Assembly: GCA_963716725.1 (NCBI GenBank)
Contig: CAVQUB010000003.1
Coordinates: 32,001-96,000 of the forward strand
Origin: an uncultured delta proteobacterium
GTDB taxonomy: Bacteria; Myxococcota_A; Polyangia; Polyangiales; Polyangiaceae
Direction: 5' to 3'
DNA: 64,000 bases
The translations under genes were made by a program, and so were the position numbers. Under the pieces are notes generated by a model. That model saw nothing but the letters and a program-made list of their open reading frames with translations. It had not been told where the DNA came from and did no database searches. Shown one piece after another: positions 1 to 8,448 of this stretch (its first letter is position 1; every line of letters begins with the position of its first letter).

Positions 1-166
1 AAGTCGACCCCTGACCCATCGCCATCTCCGTGCTGGCTTCTTCAATACGCTGTTGATTGCTCCAGGACACCGAGACGAGCGCGACGGCGAGCACGATGAT
101 TAGAAGCAGCGGGGCCCGCTGCGCCCAAGCGCTGACGGCGGGTCTTCGGCTGATGGGAGGCGTCAC
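1..166 (-). CDS. N-terminus of a membrane-anchored protein, probably a two-component sensor histidine kinase (runs off the window)
   Basis: GTG at 166 reads VTPPISRRPAVSAWAQRAPLLLIIVLAVALVSVSWSNQQRIEEASTEMAMGQGST with one TM helix, downstream of a sigma54-type promoter. Kinase identity is inferred from context only. Confidence 0.45.
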   Translation of the reverse strand, partial: MTPPISRRPAVSAWAQRAPLLLIIVLAVALVSVSWSNQQRIEEASTEMAMGQGST

Positions 167-226
167 AGCTGGGCCTTTGGGGCAACACGCGCACTGGCGA
201 GAGCGCGCCGCAACATAGCAGCAGGG

Positions 227-242
227 AGCAAAGCGGATGCCA
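227..242 (-). promoter_or_regulatory. sigma54 (-24/-12) promoter for the leftward gene
   Basis: Minus strand TGGCAT-CCGCT-TTGCT matches TGGCAC-N5-TTGC[AT]. Confidence 0.7.
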
Positions 243-319
243 CGATGTGAACGTGGACTCAGCGCCGAGAAACAGCGCGCTCCGCTTGGCGCCAACGCTC
301 CCGGAAGTGCGTTCATGGC

Positions 320-354
320 CTGCGAGATCCGCAGTCCGGCTGCAGCTCTCGCAG
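320..354. promoter_or_regulatory. tandem palindromic activator boxes (candidate enhancer-binding-protein UAS)
   Basis: CTGCGAGATCCGCAG (320-334) and CTGCAGCTCTCGCAG (340-354), 20 bp period, between two divergent sigma54 promoters. Confidence 0.65.
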
Positions 355-396
355 TCGCCTTCCCGTGATCCTGCACGTCTTCGTGGCGCAGGCGCC

Positions 397-411
397 TGGC
401 ACGTGGCTTGC
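397..411 (+). promoter_or_regulatory. sigma54 (-24/-12) promoter
   Basis: TGGCACGTGGCTTGC matches the consensus; GGAG RBS and ATG at 443 follow. Confidence 0.8.
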
Positions 412-442
412 GATGCATGAGGGCAAGCCAGGAGATACCCCG

Positions 443-1378
443 ATGAAGTTCCGATCCCTCAGCACCTTGGTCCTGATTGTCGCCCCCGCCGCGCTTGCCG
501 CCTGTGGCGACGTGGCGCCAAGTGACTCGCTCGCGACAGACACTACCTCCGAGTCCGAAAGCAACCTCGCCGAAGCCGCCCAGGCGCGTCCACCACACCC
601 GCCGGGCCCGTTGCCATTGGTCGACGTAGCCCTGCGCGAGGTCGAACTGACCGCCTCTCAACGCGAACTTCTGCGCGGCCTCGCCGTCAGCGCGCGGGCA
701 AGTCGTGATGCAGCGCAGGTGGGTTCGCGCAGCATCGAGAGGAAGCTCGCCGCTGCGTTGCGCGTAGCGAGCCTCGATGCGGCAGTCGTCCAAGCAGAAA
801 TTGAAGCGCTTTCAAGCCAGCACCGCACAGCCCAGCGCGATCACGCCCACGCGCTCTACGTGCTGCATGCCACCTTGACGCCGGTGCAACGCGAAACCGT
901 CGTGCTTGCGGTTCGACGCCACGCACCTGCTCGGGGCGACGTCGAAGGCGGGCTCCAAGCGCGCGGTGGCCCCCCACCGGAAGGCGCGATGCCAGCGCCG
1001 GAAGGCGCGATGCCAGCGCCGGAAGGCGCGATGCGGGACCCGTTTGCCGACTTGAATCTCACGGAAGCGCAAGCCAGCGCGATGGAAGCGAAACTCGGGA
1101 CGCGACCAGACCGGAACGCCCGTCATGCCGAGCACGAGAAGCGACGTGCGCGCATGGACGCGCTGCTGGATGGCTTTGCCTCCGATGATTTCGAACCAGC
1201 CAAGGTCCTCGGCGAGACCACAGACTCGGATCCCCACCGTGAGCACCTCGAGCGCCAACTCCGCCTGACGCAGGTCGCGCTGGAGGTGCTGAGCGATACC
1301 CAACGCGAGGCCCTCGCAGTGCACATGACGCAGCGGCCGGGTCCTGATGCGCGCCAACAGCCTCGTGGGGGGCAGTGA
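443..1378 (+). CDS. Spy/CpxP/ZraP-family (LTXXQ) periplasmic lipoprotein with two tandem domains
   Basis: Lipobox LAAC; four LTxxQ-type motifs (ELTASQR, TLTPVQR, NLTEAQA, VLSDTQR); RBS GGAG at 431. Confidence 0.75.
   Translation: MKFRSLSTLVLIVAPAALAACGDVAPSDSLATDTTSESESNLAEAAQARPPHPPGPLPLVDVALREVELTASQRELLRGLAVSARASRDAAQVGSRSIERKLAAALRVASLDAAVVQAEIEALSSQHRTAQRDHAHALYVLHATLTPVQRETVVLAVRRHAPARGDVEGGLQARGGPPPEGAMPAPEGAMPAPEGAMRDPFADLNLTEAQASAMEAKLGTRPDRNARHAEHEKRRARMDALLDGFASDDFEPAKVLGETTDSDPHREHLERQLRLTQVALEVLSDTQREALAVHMTQRPGPDARQQPRGGQ
977..1034 (+). repeat. 21-bp in-frame tandem repeat (about 2.8 copies) encoding a PEGAMPA linker
   Basis: CCGGAAGGCGCGATGCCAGCG at 977, 998 and 1019 (partial). 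Confidence 0.9.
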
Positions 1379-1599
1379 TACCTGCACCCGGCCGGAGTAG
1401 CTCCGCGGTCGTCGTGTATGCGGTGATCGCCTTGATGTTGTCCGCCTGTGCATCGGTCGAAACGAGCAGCAGCGCGAGGTGTGATGCCGCGCAGAGTTGC
1501 CAACCCGCCGCAGTGGAAGAAGCACCAGCCGAGCTGACCGAACGAGAACTCGACCAAATTTTAGACGACCTCGAACGCGAAATAGAAGAGGAGCCCTGA
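1375..1599 (+). CDS. small hypothetical lipoprotein
   Basis: GTGA overlap with the upstream stop; lipobox LSAC; acidic helical tail LDQILDDLEREIEE. Confidence 0.6.
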   Translation: MIPAPGRSSSAVVVYAVIALMLSACASVETSSSARCDAAQSCQPAAVEEAPAELTERELDQILDDLEREIEEEP

Positions 1600-1600
1600 G

Positions 1601-1972
1601 ATGAAGATATCCCTACCGACTCTGACGATCGCCGCTCTCACCTCCGTTGTCTGCTGCGGTGCCAGCCCAGCCATGCAGCCGTCGGACGTCGCAGACGTGG
1701 ACAGCCCCGCGACCGAGGTTGGAGCACATGGCAAGGGCGCGGGACCGCCAGGCCGTGAAGGACCAGGCGGGCCGCAGGGTCCCGGCGGCCGGCGAGGTCC
1801 ACCTGCGGAAGCCGTCGAGGCTTGCAAAGGTCTCGCCGAGTCCGCGGCTTGCAGCTTCAAGCTACGTGACCAAACCGTCGAAGGCACTTGCGTCCGCGGT
1901 CCCCGGGACGCGTCGCTTGCCTGTCGACCGAAGGGTCCACCGCCCAACCAACGAAGTTCGGGGGACGGATGA
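1601..1972 (+). CDS. small secreted/lipoprotein with a Gly-Pro linker and 4-Cys domain (GPPAEAVEAC...ACSF...GTC...LACRP)
   Basis: Signal peptide with Cys; RBS GAGGAG; operonic spacing. Confidence 0.7.
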   Translation: MKISLPTLTIAALTSVVCCGASPAMQPSDVADVDSPATEVGAHGKGAGPPGREGPGGPQGPGGRRGPPAEAVEACKGLAESAACSFKLRDQTVEGTCVRGPRDASLACRPKGPPPNQRSSGDG

Positions 1973-3291
1973 AACCGTCGGCCCCGACAGGCTCTCTGAA
2001 CCTTCACCGCAAGAGGAGACGCTCCGTGCTGATCAGGAACAAAGCCCTACTGCCGGTCGTGCCGCTTGCGGTCGCTTCAGCGCTGCTTGCGGGATGCAAC
2101 GATGATTCAAGCCCCGAGAATCCAGCCAGCCGCAGCTACCCCATCGTCGATACCGCACAGGGAACCTGCTACGACACCAGCGCGCTGATCGACTGTCCTG
2201 CGGCAGGCAAAGCGTTCTACGGGCAGGACGCGCAAACCACGGGGAATACCCCGAGTTACACCGACAACGGGGATGCCACGATCACCGACGAGGTGACCGG
2301 TCTAGTTTGGACACAAGGCCTCTCGAAGGCGTCCATGCCCTGGTCCGAAGCGGCAGGCTACTGCGAATCCCTCACGGTCGGCGACGTCACCGACTGGCGA
2401 CTGCCCAACCTGAAAGAGCTCTGGTCAATCAGAGACTTCTCGATGGGTTGGCCCTGGGTCGACACCGACTACTTCTATCTCGTCGGTGATGGTCGCGAAG
2501 GCGCTCAACAGCATTCGTGGTCGAGCAACTACTACCTGGTCAACACCGAAGAAGCGGTGACTGAGGTTGCATTCATCGTCAACGACTGGACTGGACACAT
2601 CAAGGCACTGTCCGGCAATCGTTTCGTGCGCTGTGTCAGCGGCAAGGCATACGGAATCAACGACCTCGTCGACAACGGCGATGGCACCGTCACCGACGAA
2701 GCGACGGGCTTGCGGTGGTCACAGGACGATAGCAACCAAGCAATGAACTGGGAGTCGGCTCTGGCCTACGCGGAAGACTCCACCCATGCCGGCTATGGCG
2801 ATTGGCGTCTGCCCAATGTCAAGGAGCTGCAGAGCATCGCGGACTACTCCGGCGTCTTCCCCGCCATCGACAGATCGGTGTTCAACATCTCCAAGATCAC
2901 CAATGAAGCCGGCAACGCCGACTATCCCTTTTTCTGGACCAGCACTTCCAATCCCTACATCGATCCCAACGATGAACACGGCTACTGGTACGCCTGGTAC
3001 GTGGCCTTCGGCTATGCCGTGGATCCGAGCGGCAAAGACATTCATGGAGCCGGAGCGGTGCGCTTCGACACTAAACATGAAGCAGGAGCCAACGGGCCCG
3101 ACGGCGAGCGTTACTACAACTACGTTCGGCTCGTCCGGGGCGGCAACGAGGCAAAGACGCCCGATGGCGATCCGAGCACAATCAACCCCGATCGGGTCGT
3201 CGCATTTCCTGACGGAGAAACGGGTGGTCCCGGTGGTCCCGGTGGCCCCGACGGTGGTCCCGGTGGTCCCGGTGGCCCCGACGGGCCGTAG
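1969..3291 (+). CDS. DUF1566 (Lcl C-terminal) double-domain lipoprotein
   Basis: Two copies of DNGD.T.TD..TGL.W ... DWRLPN.KEL; lipobox LAGC; GGP-repeat tail. Start is ATG 1969 (ATGA overlap) or GTG 2026. Confidence 0.85.
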   Translation: MKPSAPTGSLNLHRKRRRSVLIRNKALLPVVPLAVASALLAGCNDDSSPENPASRSYPIVDTAQGTCYDTSALIDCPAAGKAFYGQDAQTTGNTPSYTDNGDATITDEVTGLVWTQGLSKASMPWSEAAGYCESLTVGDVTDWRLPNLKELWSIRDFSMGWPWVDTDYFYLVGDGREGAQQHSWSSNYYLVNTEEAVTEVAFIVNDWTGHIKALSGNRFVRCVSGKAYGINDLVDNGDGTVTDEATGLRWSQDDSNQAMNWESALAYAEDSTHAGYGDWRLPNVKELQSIADYSGVFPAIDRSVFNISKITNEAGNADYPFFWTSTSNPYIDPNDEHGYWYAWYVAFGYAVDPSGKDIHGAGAVRFDTKHEAGANGPDGERYYNYVRLVRGGNEAKTPDGDPSTINPDRVVAFPDGETGGPGGPGGPDGGPGGPGGPDGP

Positions 3292-3345
3292 CGCATCCTG
3301 GCAAGACCCCCGTCGACGCTTCCTGCTGATGCGCCGGGGTCAACG

Positions 3346-3381
3346 CTGCAGATCCCGCAGTCGAGCCTGCATGAACCGCAG
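3346..3381. promoter_or_regulatory. second pair of CTGCR-N5-CGCAG boxes (candidate UAS)
   Basis: CTGCAGATCCCGCAG (3346-3360) and CTGCATGAACCGCAG (3367-3381), 21 bp period. Confidence 0.65.
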
Positions 3382-3454
3382 GCGGGGCCCCAACCCGCCC
3401 CTCGGAGAGCCCTCGTCCATCACGATTGCAGCCGCTTGGGATGCTCGTCGTCGT

Positions 3455-3470
3455 TGGCACGTCCGCTGCA
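3455..3470 (+). promoter_or_regulatory. sigma54 (-24/-12) promoter
   Basis: TGGCAC-GTCCG-CTGCA with correct GG-N10-GC spacing, just upstream of ATG 3508. Confidence 0.7.
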
Positions 3471-3507
3471 CTCTCACTCCAAACTGACCAGACGAAAGGA
3501 CGCGACC

Positions 3508-5016
3508 ATGCTGAGAAGCGCAACCCCGCTGCTGATCCTGGCCTTCGGGGCCACGAGTTGTAGCGACAACAGCGATCCCGTCGTCCCGAGTGACTCGGGC
3601 CTCCAGAACGACTCGAGCACCGAGACCCGGGCCTACGTCGTGCTGTCCACTGGGCAGACGAAAACCTACGGAGACAGCGCCGAGATCACGCCACCGGCCA
3701 AGGGGGAGATCTACTTCGGGCAGGACGCGCAGTACACGACCACGGATCCGAGCTTCAGCGTCAGCGTAGACGGAAAGACCGTGTCCGGGAGCCACACGGG
3801 CCTGATCTGGCAGAAGACGCCGAGCGCCGAGCATTTCAGCATGGCGCAGGCCGCGTCCTACTGTGACGATCTAGCGTTGGGCGGCTACGACGATTGGCGC
3901 GTCCCGAGCCTCAAAGAGCTGTTCTCGATCAGCGATTTCTCCACGGGCTGGCCCTACCTCGACCTGACCTATTTCGACCTTGCCGACAGCAGCGGTGTTG
4001 TCGACAAAAACGAGCAGTATTGGTCCACCGCCCACTACGTGGGCGTCACGGTGGAGGGCAAAACGGAGGCCGCCTTCGGGGTCAACCACGCGACCGGCCA
4101 CATCAAGGCCTACCCCGGTAACACCACCGGCCCGATGGGCAAACGCGTCCGCTGTGTCCGCGGGGCGCCCTACGGCATCAACGAGTTCGTTGACGACGGT
4201 GACGGCACGATCAGCGACAAGGCCACGGGGCTGATGTGGATGCGCGACGACAGCGGCAAGGCGATGGACTGGAAGGTCGCGCTGGCCTGGGCGCAGGCCC
4301 AGAACGACGCCAAGCTGCTGGGCTACACGGACTGGCGACTGCCCAACGTCAAAGAGCTGCAGAGCATCGTCGACTATGCTCGCTCACCGAGCGCCACCGA
4401 GGCCGCCAAGGTTGGCCCGGCCATCGCATCGATCTTCTCTTGCACCCCGATCAAGAACGAAGCCGGCGCCGACGACTACCCCTACTACTGGACCGGCACC
4501 TCGGCGAAGTTCGGCCCCAACGACAGCGCCCACCCCTACGCCTGGTATGTCGCCGCCGGGATGGCGGTCAACAACGCCGGCCTCGACTTCCACGGCGCTG
4601 GCGCTGTGCGCTTCGACACCAAGGTGGAAGGTGGACCCGCGGGCGAGGGCGGCGAGCGCTACTACAACTACGTGCGCTTGGTACGCGGCGGCTCGGCGAG
4701 CATGCGCAGGATGCCCGATGGCGGCTGGCCGCTGCCCGCCGACGGCGGCCAAGCGTCCGCCGATGGCGGCCTTCCTCCGGCGCCGGGCGACGGCGGCCAA
4801 CCGGGCCTGCCGGTTCCGCAAGCGTGCCAGCAGCAGAGCGATTGCGACGCGAACGGGGCCTGCCCGCAAGACGCCAAGTTGGGCTGCCTGTGTTCGTCCC
4901 TCGCCGACGGCAGCAAGGGCTGCGTCCCCGCCTGCTCCACCGCGGCCGATTGCCCGCAGATGCCCGGCAACAGCATGATCTGCGCGCAAGGGCTCTGCAC
5001 GCCGCAACAGCCCTAG
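3508..5016 (+). CDS. DUF1566 double-domain lipoprotein with Cys-rich C-terminal module (paralog of 1969-3291)
   Basis: Lipobox ATSC; DWRVPSLKEL and DWRLPNVKEL; shared GAGAVRFDTK..GERYYNYVRLVRGG; C-terminal Cys cluster. Confidence 0.85.
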   Translation: MLRSATPLLILAFGATSCSDNSDPVVPSDSGLQNDSSTETRAYVVLSTGQTKTYGDSAEITPPAKGEIYFGQDAQYTTTDPSFSVSVDGKTVSGSHTGLIWQKTPSAEHFSMAQAASYCDDLALGGYDDWRVPSLKELFSISDFSTGWPYLDLTYFDLADSSGVVDKNEQYWSTAHYVGVTVEGKTEAAFGVNHATGHIKAYPGNTTGPMGKRVRCVRGAPYGINEFVDDGDGTISDKATGLMWMRDDSGKAMDWKVALAWAQAQNDAKLLGYTDWRLPNVKELQSIVDYARSPSATEAAKVGPAIASIFSCTPIKNEAGADDYPYYWTGTSAKFGPNDSAHPYAWYVAAGMAVNNAGLDFHGAGAVRFDTKVEGGPAGEGGERYYNYVRLVRGGSASMRRMPDGGWPLPADGGQASADGGLPPAPGDGGQPGLPVPQACQQQSDCDANGACPQDAKLGCLCSSLADGSKGCVPACSTAADCPQMPGNSMICAQGLCTPQQP

Positions 5017-5334
5017 CCGCCTGGCGCGGGACCCTCCGGATCGGGGCCCGTCGAAGCTCAGAGCCTGTGAAAGAATCCCCGCCGCCCACGAAGGAAGGAG
5101 CACCGGCAGCGCTTCGGGGTCGCCGGCATGGGGGCGAGGCGCGCGAGAGACGCTGGGTCGGGTCTGTGCGGAGCCGCGAGCAGCAGTGTCGCGGACTGGG
5201 CGCGAGCGCTTCCGACCTGGACGCCTTCCCGCCCGGAACTCTACCGCGCTCGAAGGCGAAACGGTCCTGCCAAGCGTCAGTTCCGGACCCACTGCGCTGC
5301 CGCTGACAAGGACCTGAGGGGGCGTCCCGTGCAC

Positions 5335-5397
5335 GACCCTTGGAAGTCCCTGGCGAGGGACGACCCTTGGAAGTCCCTGGCGAGGGACGCCCCTTGG
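5335..5397. repeat. 27-bp tandem repeat with an internal hairpin (2 full copies plus a degenerate partial)
   Basis: GACCCTTGGAAGTCCCTGGCGAGGGAC at 5335 and 5362; internal GTCCCT-GGCG-AGGGAC palindrome; no spacers. Confidence 0.85.
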
Positions 5398-5641
5398 AGG
5401 GGGGCGTGCAAGCACCGTCCCACGCTCGGCGTCACGAGGGAAAGAGCACCGCATCCCCATTTCTTTCTTGACGCGTTTCCAGGCGACTCGGGCTCGCACT
5501 TCGCCGGGCATGTCACCGAAGGCGTCTCTGTTGCGCGACGAAGCTCGCCCATCGTGTTTCGCTCGAGCGACGACGCGCGACGCGTTTGGACGCGTGAAAC
5601 GCGCTCACCGTGTCGGCCGCGAGGCCAAAAAACAGCGTGTT

Positions 5642-6937
5642 ATGCCAGAAAGCATGCACGCTCTCTCTTCGGTCTCCGATCGCGAGCTTCGCGAGCGCCT
5701 CTCCTCCGCCGTGAGCGCCGAGCAGCTGGCTTCTGCCGACGTCATCTTCCACCTGGCGGAGCTCGACCGCCGAAAGCTCTACCTCGAGGACGCCTGCTCC
5801 TCACTCTTCGCGTACTGCGTGGAGCGGCTCGGCTACTCCGAGGACGGCGCGAGCAAGCGAGTCCGTGTCGCCCGCTTGGTTCTGCGTTTTCCCCAGGCCC
5901 TCGACGAGCTCGCGAGCGGCGCCATCCACCTGACCGGACTGTTCCTGCTCTCCGGGCACCTCACGGAAGACAACGCCGATCGACTCATCGCCGAGGCTCG
6001 CGGCAAGTCGAAGCGGCAGCTCGAGGAGCTGCTCGCTCGGTGGGCGCCCCGGTCCGACGTACCGGCGACCATCACCCCGAGCGGGCCCGAGCCAGCTCGA
6101 GCGGAGTTATCAACAATGTCCGGGACAGGTGGCTCCGAGCTGTCGGCGCCGCCGCCATCGGCGCACCGTCCTCGTGTCGAGCCGCTCTCGGCCACGAGCT
6201 TCCGCGTGGAATTCACCGCCAGTGCCACGCTCCGCGACAAGCTCGAACACGCCCGGAACCTCCTCAGCCACGCCGTGCCGAGCGGGGATCTCGCGACCCT
6301 GATCGAGCGAGCCATCGATCAGCTCATCGCCGTGGAGACGAAGCGCCGCGCGGGCGCGGGCCAGCCACGCAAGCGCCGTGAAACTCGCGCCGGCTCGCGC
6401 CACGTGCCGGTGGAGGTCCAGCGCGCGGTGCGGGAGCGGGATGGCAACCAGTGCACCTTCGTCGATGCCGAGGGACGCCGCTGCTCCGAGAATAGACCGT
6501 CCGGCCGGGCCGGAGGAGCGCCGTCCGCTGATGCGAACAGTCGCAAGGAGCCATCTCGAGTCAGGACGCTGAACACGAGTGGTTTCCTGACCATCGAGCA
6601 CGTCGACCCGTACGCGATGGGAGGACCAACGACAGTGGATAACTGCTGCCTGCTTTGTTCGGCTCACAACGCCCACCGGGCGCGACAGGTCTACGGCGAG
6701 CAGCACGTCCGGAAGAAGGTCTCGGAGGCTCGCGCGGGCCGGGAAGCGAGCGGTGTGTCTGCGGGGACTGCGGCCGAGCTGAAGAGCGAAGTGTTCGAGA
6801 AGGTGCTGGCGGCTCTGCTTCACTCGGGGTTCAAGCGGCACGAGGCGCGGCGAGCCCTCGAACAGGTGCGCTCGCTCGGAGTCGAGCCGCAGCTCGAGCC
6901 CGTGCTGCGCGGAGCGCTGGCGGTACTCACTCCCTGA
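5642..6937 (+). CDS. DUF222-like / HNH endonuclease with C-terminal RuvA-C-like helical domain
   Basis: SSLFAYCVERLGYSE N-domain; VRERDGNQCTFVD..GRRC ... EHVDPYAMGGPTTVDNCCLLCSAHN HNH motif; ALLHSGFKRHEARRAL tail. Confidence 0.8.
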   Translation: MPESMHALSSVSDRELRERLSSAVSAEQLASADVIFHLAELDRRKLYLEDACSSLFAYCVERLGYSEDGASKRVRVARLVLRFPQALDELASGAIHLTGLFLLSGHLTEDNADRLIAEARGKSKRQLEELLARWAPRSDVPATITPSGPEPARAELSTMSGTGGSELSAPPPSAHRPRVEPLSATSFRVEFTASATLRDKLEHARNLLSHAVPSGDLATLIERAIDQLIAVETKRRAGAGQPRKRRETRAGSRHVPVEVQRAVRERDGNQCTFVDAEGRRCSENRPSGRAGGAPSADANSRKEPSRVRTLNTSGFLTIEHVDPYAMGGPTTVDNCCLLCSAHNAHRARQVYGEQHVRKKVSEARAGREASGVSAGTAAELKSEVFEKVLAALLHSGFKRHEARRALEQVRSLGVEPQLEPVLRGALAVLTP

Positions 6938-8448
6938 GACGGTTCGTGCACACCCCCGACAAAGGGGGGGGTGCACGGGATGCCGCCTTTGGTCCCGGCA
7001 GCGGCAGCGCCGTGGGCACGAATGCCGACGGATAGAAGTGTTCGTGATGAGCTCTTCACACTCAGATCCGAAACGCGGCGCCCGACTTCGACAGGCCCAT
7101 CGTGAGCAACTCGGCTGGGGGCGCATCGATCTGGACGCGCAGGTACCTCACGACCACCCCGTGCGTGCCATCGCCGCGGTGATCGACCGCCTGGACCTCT
7201 CGAAGCTCTACGCTCGCATCGATGCACGCGACTCGAACCCCGGAGCGCCGGCCATCGACCCCAAGCTCTTGCTCAGCCTGTGGGTGTACGCCACCAGCGA
7301 CGGCGAGAACAGCGCTCGGGAGATCCAGCGCCTGACCGAGCTGCACGCCGCCTATCGGTGGCTGTGCGGCGGGGTGAGGCTCAACCACCACACGCTCAGC
7401 GACTTTCGCAGCCACAACGCCGAGGTGTTCGACGACCTGATCACGCAGGTGCTGGCCTTGCTCATGAGCCACGACCTGGTGGACCTCATCCGTGTCGCGC
7501 AGGACGGCACGCGCGTACGGGCCAGCGCCGGAGCGTGTTCTTTTCGCAAGGGCACCACGCTGGAGGCTCTGCGCCAGGAAGCTCGTGCACATCTGGCCGC
7601 GGTCACGGCAGACACCGAGAGCGGCTCGCGGCGAGCCGCGGCGCAGAAGCGTGCGGCCCAGGATCGCCTGGACCGGCTCGACGCGGCGCTCGCGCAGTTG
7701 CCCGGGGTCACGAAGACCAAGAGCAAGAGCGGCCCCAAGGACCCGACCCCTCGAGTGTCGACGACCGATCCGCAGGCACGGGTGATGAAGATGGGCGACG
7801 GAGGATTCCGGCCCACCTACAACGTGCAGCTCGCCACGACCGCCGACGACGCGCGGGTCATCGTCGGTGTCGCCGTCACCCACCGCGGCAGCGACATGGG
7901 CGAATCGACTCCGATGCTCGAGCAGATCGAGAAGCGGACGGGCGTCCGGCCACTAGAGCTCCTCGTCGATGGGGGATACGCGAAGCATGAAGCCATCGAC
8001 GAAGCGGCCGCGCGCAACGTCACCGTCTACGCTCCGCTGCCCAAGCCCCGCGACGACGACGGCTCTGACCCTCACCGGCCGAGGGATACCGACAGCGCAG
8101 CCGTTGCCGCCTGGAGACAGCGCATGGCCACCGACGAGGCCAAGCAGATCTACCGGCAACGGGCCGCGACCGCCGAGACCGTCCACGCGGACGCCAAAAC
8201 GCACCGCGGGCTCGACTCGCTGACCCTGCGGGGACTCGACAAGGCACTGGCCAGCGTGACGCTCTTCGCGCTCACCTACGACATCCTGCGCGCCATCACA
8301 CTCGGCGTCTGACCCCGCCACCGCTCTGCTTCCGCGCTCGGACCACCCGAATCGCGTCGCGCCCCACGCGCTCCCGCCCTGCGCCTGGGACTCGCCCTCG
8401 CTCGATTTCCCGGCGGCGCACGCTCAACCGATTTCTTCTCACCCTCTC
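6936..8448 (+). mobile_element. IS1182-family insertion sequence (about 1.5 kb)
   Basis: Single transposase; short imperfect terminal IR CTGAGACGGT (left) vs CTGAGAGGGT (right, reverse complement). Ends are approximate. Confidence 0.75.
7047..8312 (+). CDS. IS1182-family DDE transposase
   Basis: DHPVRAI, GAPAIDPKLLLSLWVYA, HHTLSDFR, VAQDGTRVRASA, STTDPQARVMK, YNVQ, LVDGGY, YRQRAATAE motifs. Confidence 0.9.
   Translation: MSSSHSDPKRGARLRQAHREQLGWGRIDLDAQVPHDHPVRAIAAVIDRLDLSKLYARIDARDSNPGAPAIDPKLLLSLWVYATSDGENSAREIQRLTELHAAYRWLCGGVRLNHHTLSDFRSHNAEVFDDLITQVLALLMSHDLVDLIRVAQDGTRVRASAGACSFRKGTTLEALRQEARAHLAAVTADTESGSRRAAAQKRAAQDRLDRLDAALAQLPGVTKTKSKSGPKDPTPRVSTTDPQARVMKMGDGGFRPTYNVQLATTADDARVIVGVAVTHRGSDMGESTPMLEQIEKRTGVRPLELLVDGGYAKHEAIDEAAARNVTVYAPLPKPRDDDGSDPHRPRDTDSAAVAAWRQRMATDEAKQIYRQRAATAETVHADAKTHRGLDSLTLRGLDKALASVTLFALTYDILRAITLGV

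Noticed and set aside
365..442. Upstream start of the Spy-like ORF
   Set aside because: Overlaps the sigma54 promoter; RBS and signal peptide support ATG 443.
1969..5016. Diversity-generating retroelement targeting the DUF1566 genes
   Set aside because: No reverse transcriptase and no adenine-specific template/variable repeat pair; the paralogs differ at all base types.
5335..5397. CRISPR array
   Set aside because: Repeats are directly adjacent with no spacers, there are fewer than three full copies, and no cas genes are present.
6525..6545. Hammerhead ribozyme in the HNH insertion (CTGATG)
   Set aside because: The CUGAUGA core and a correctly placed GAAA are absent.
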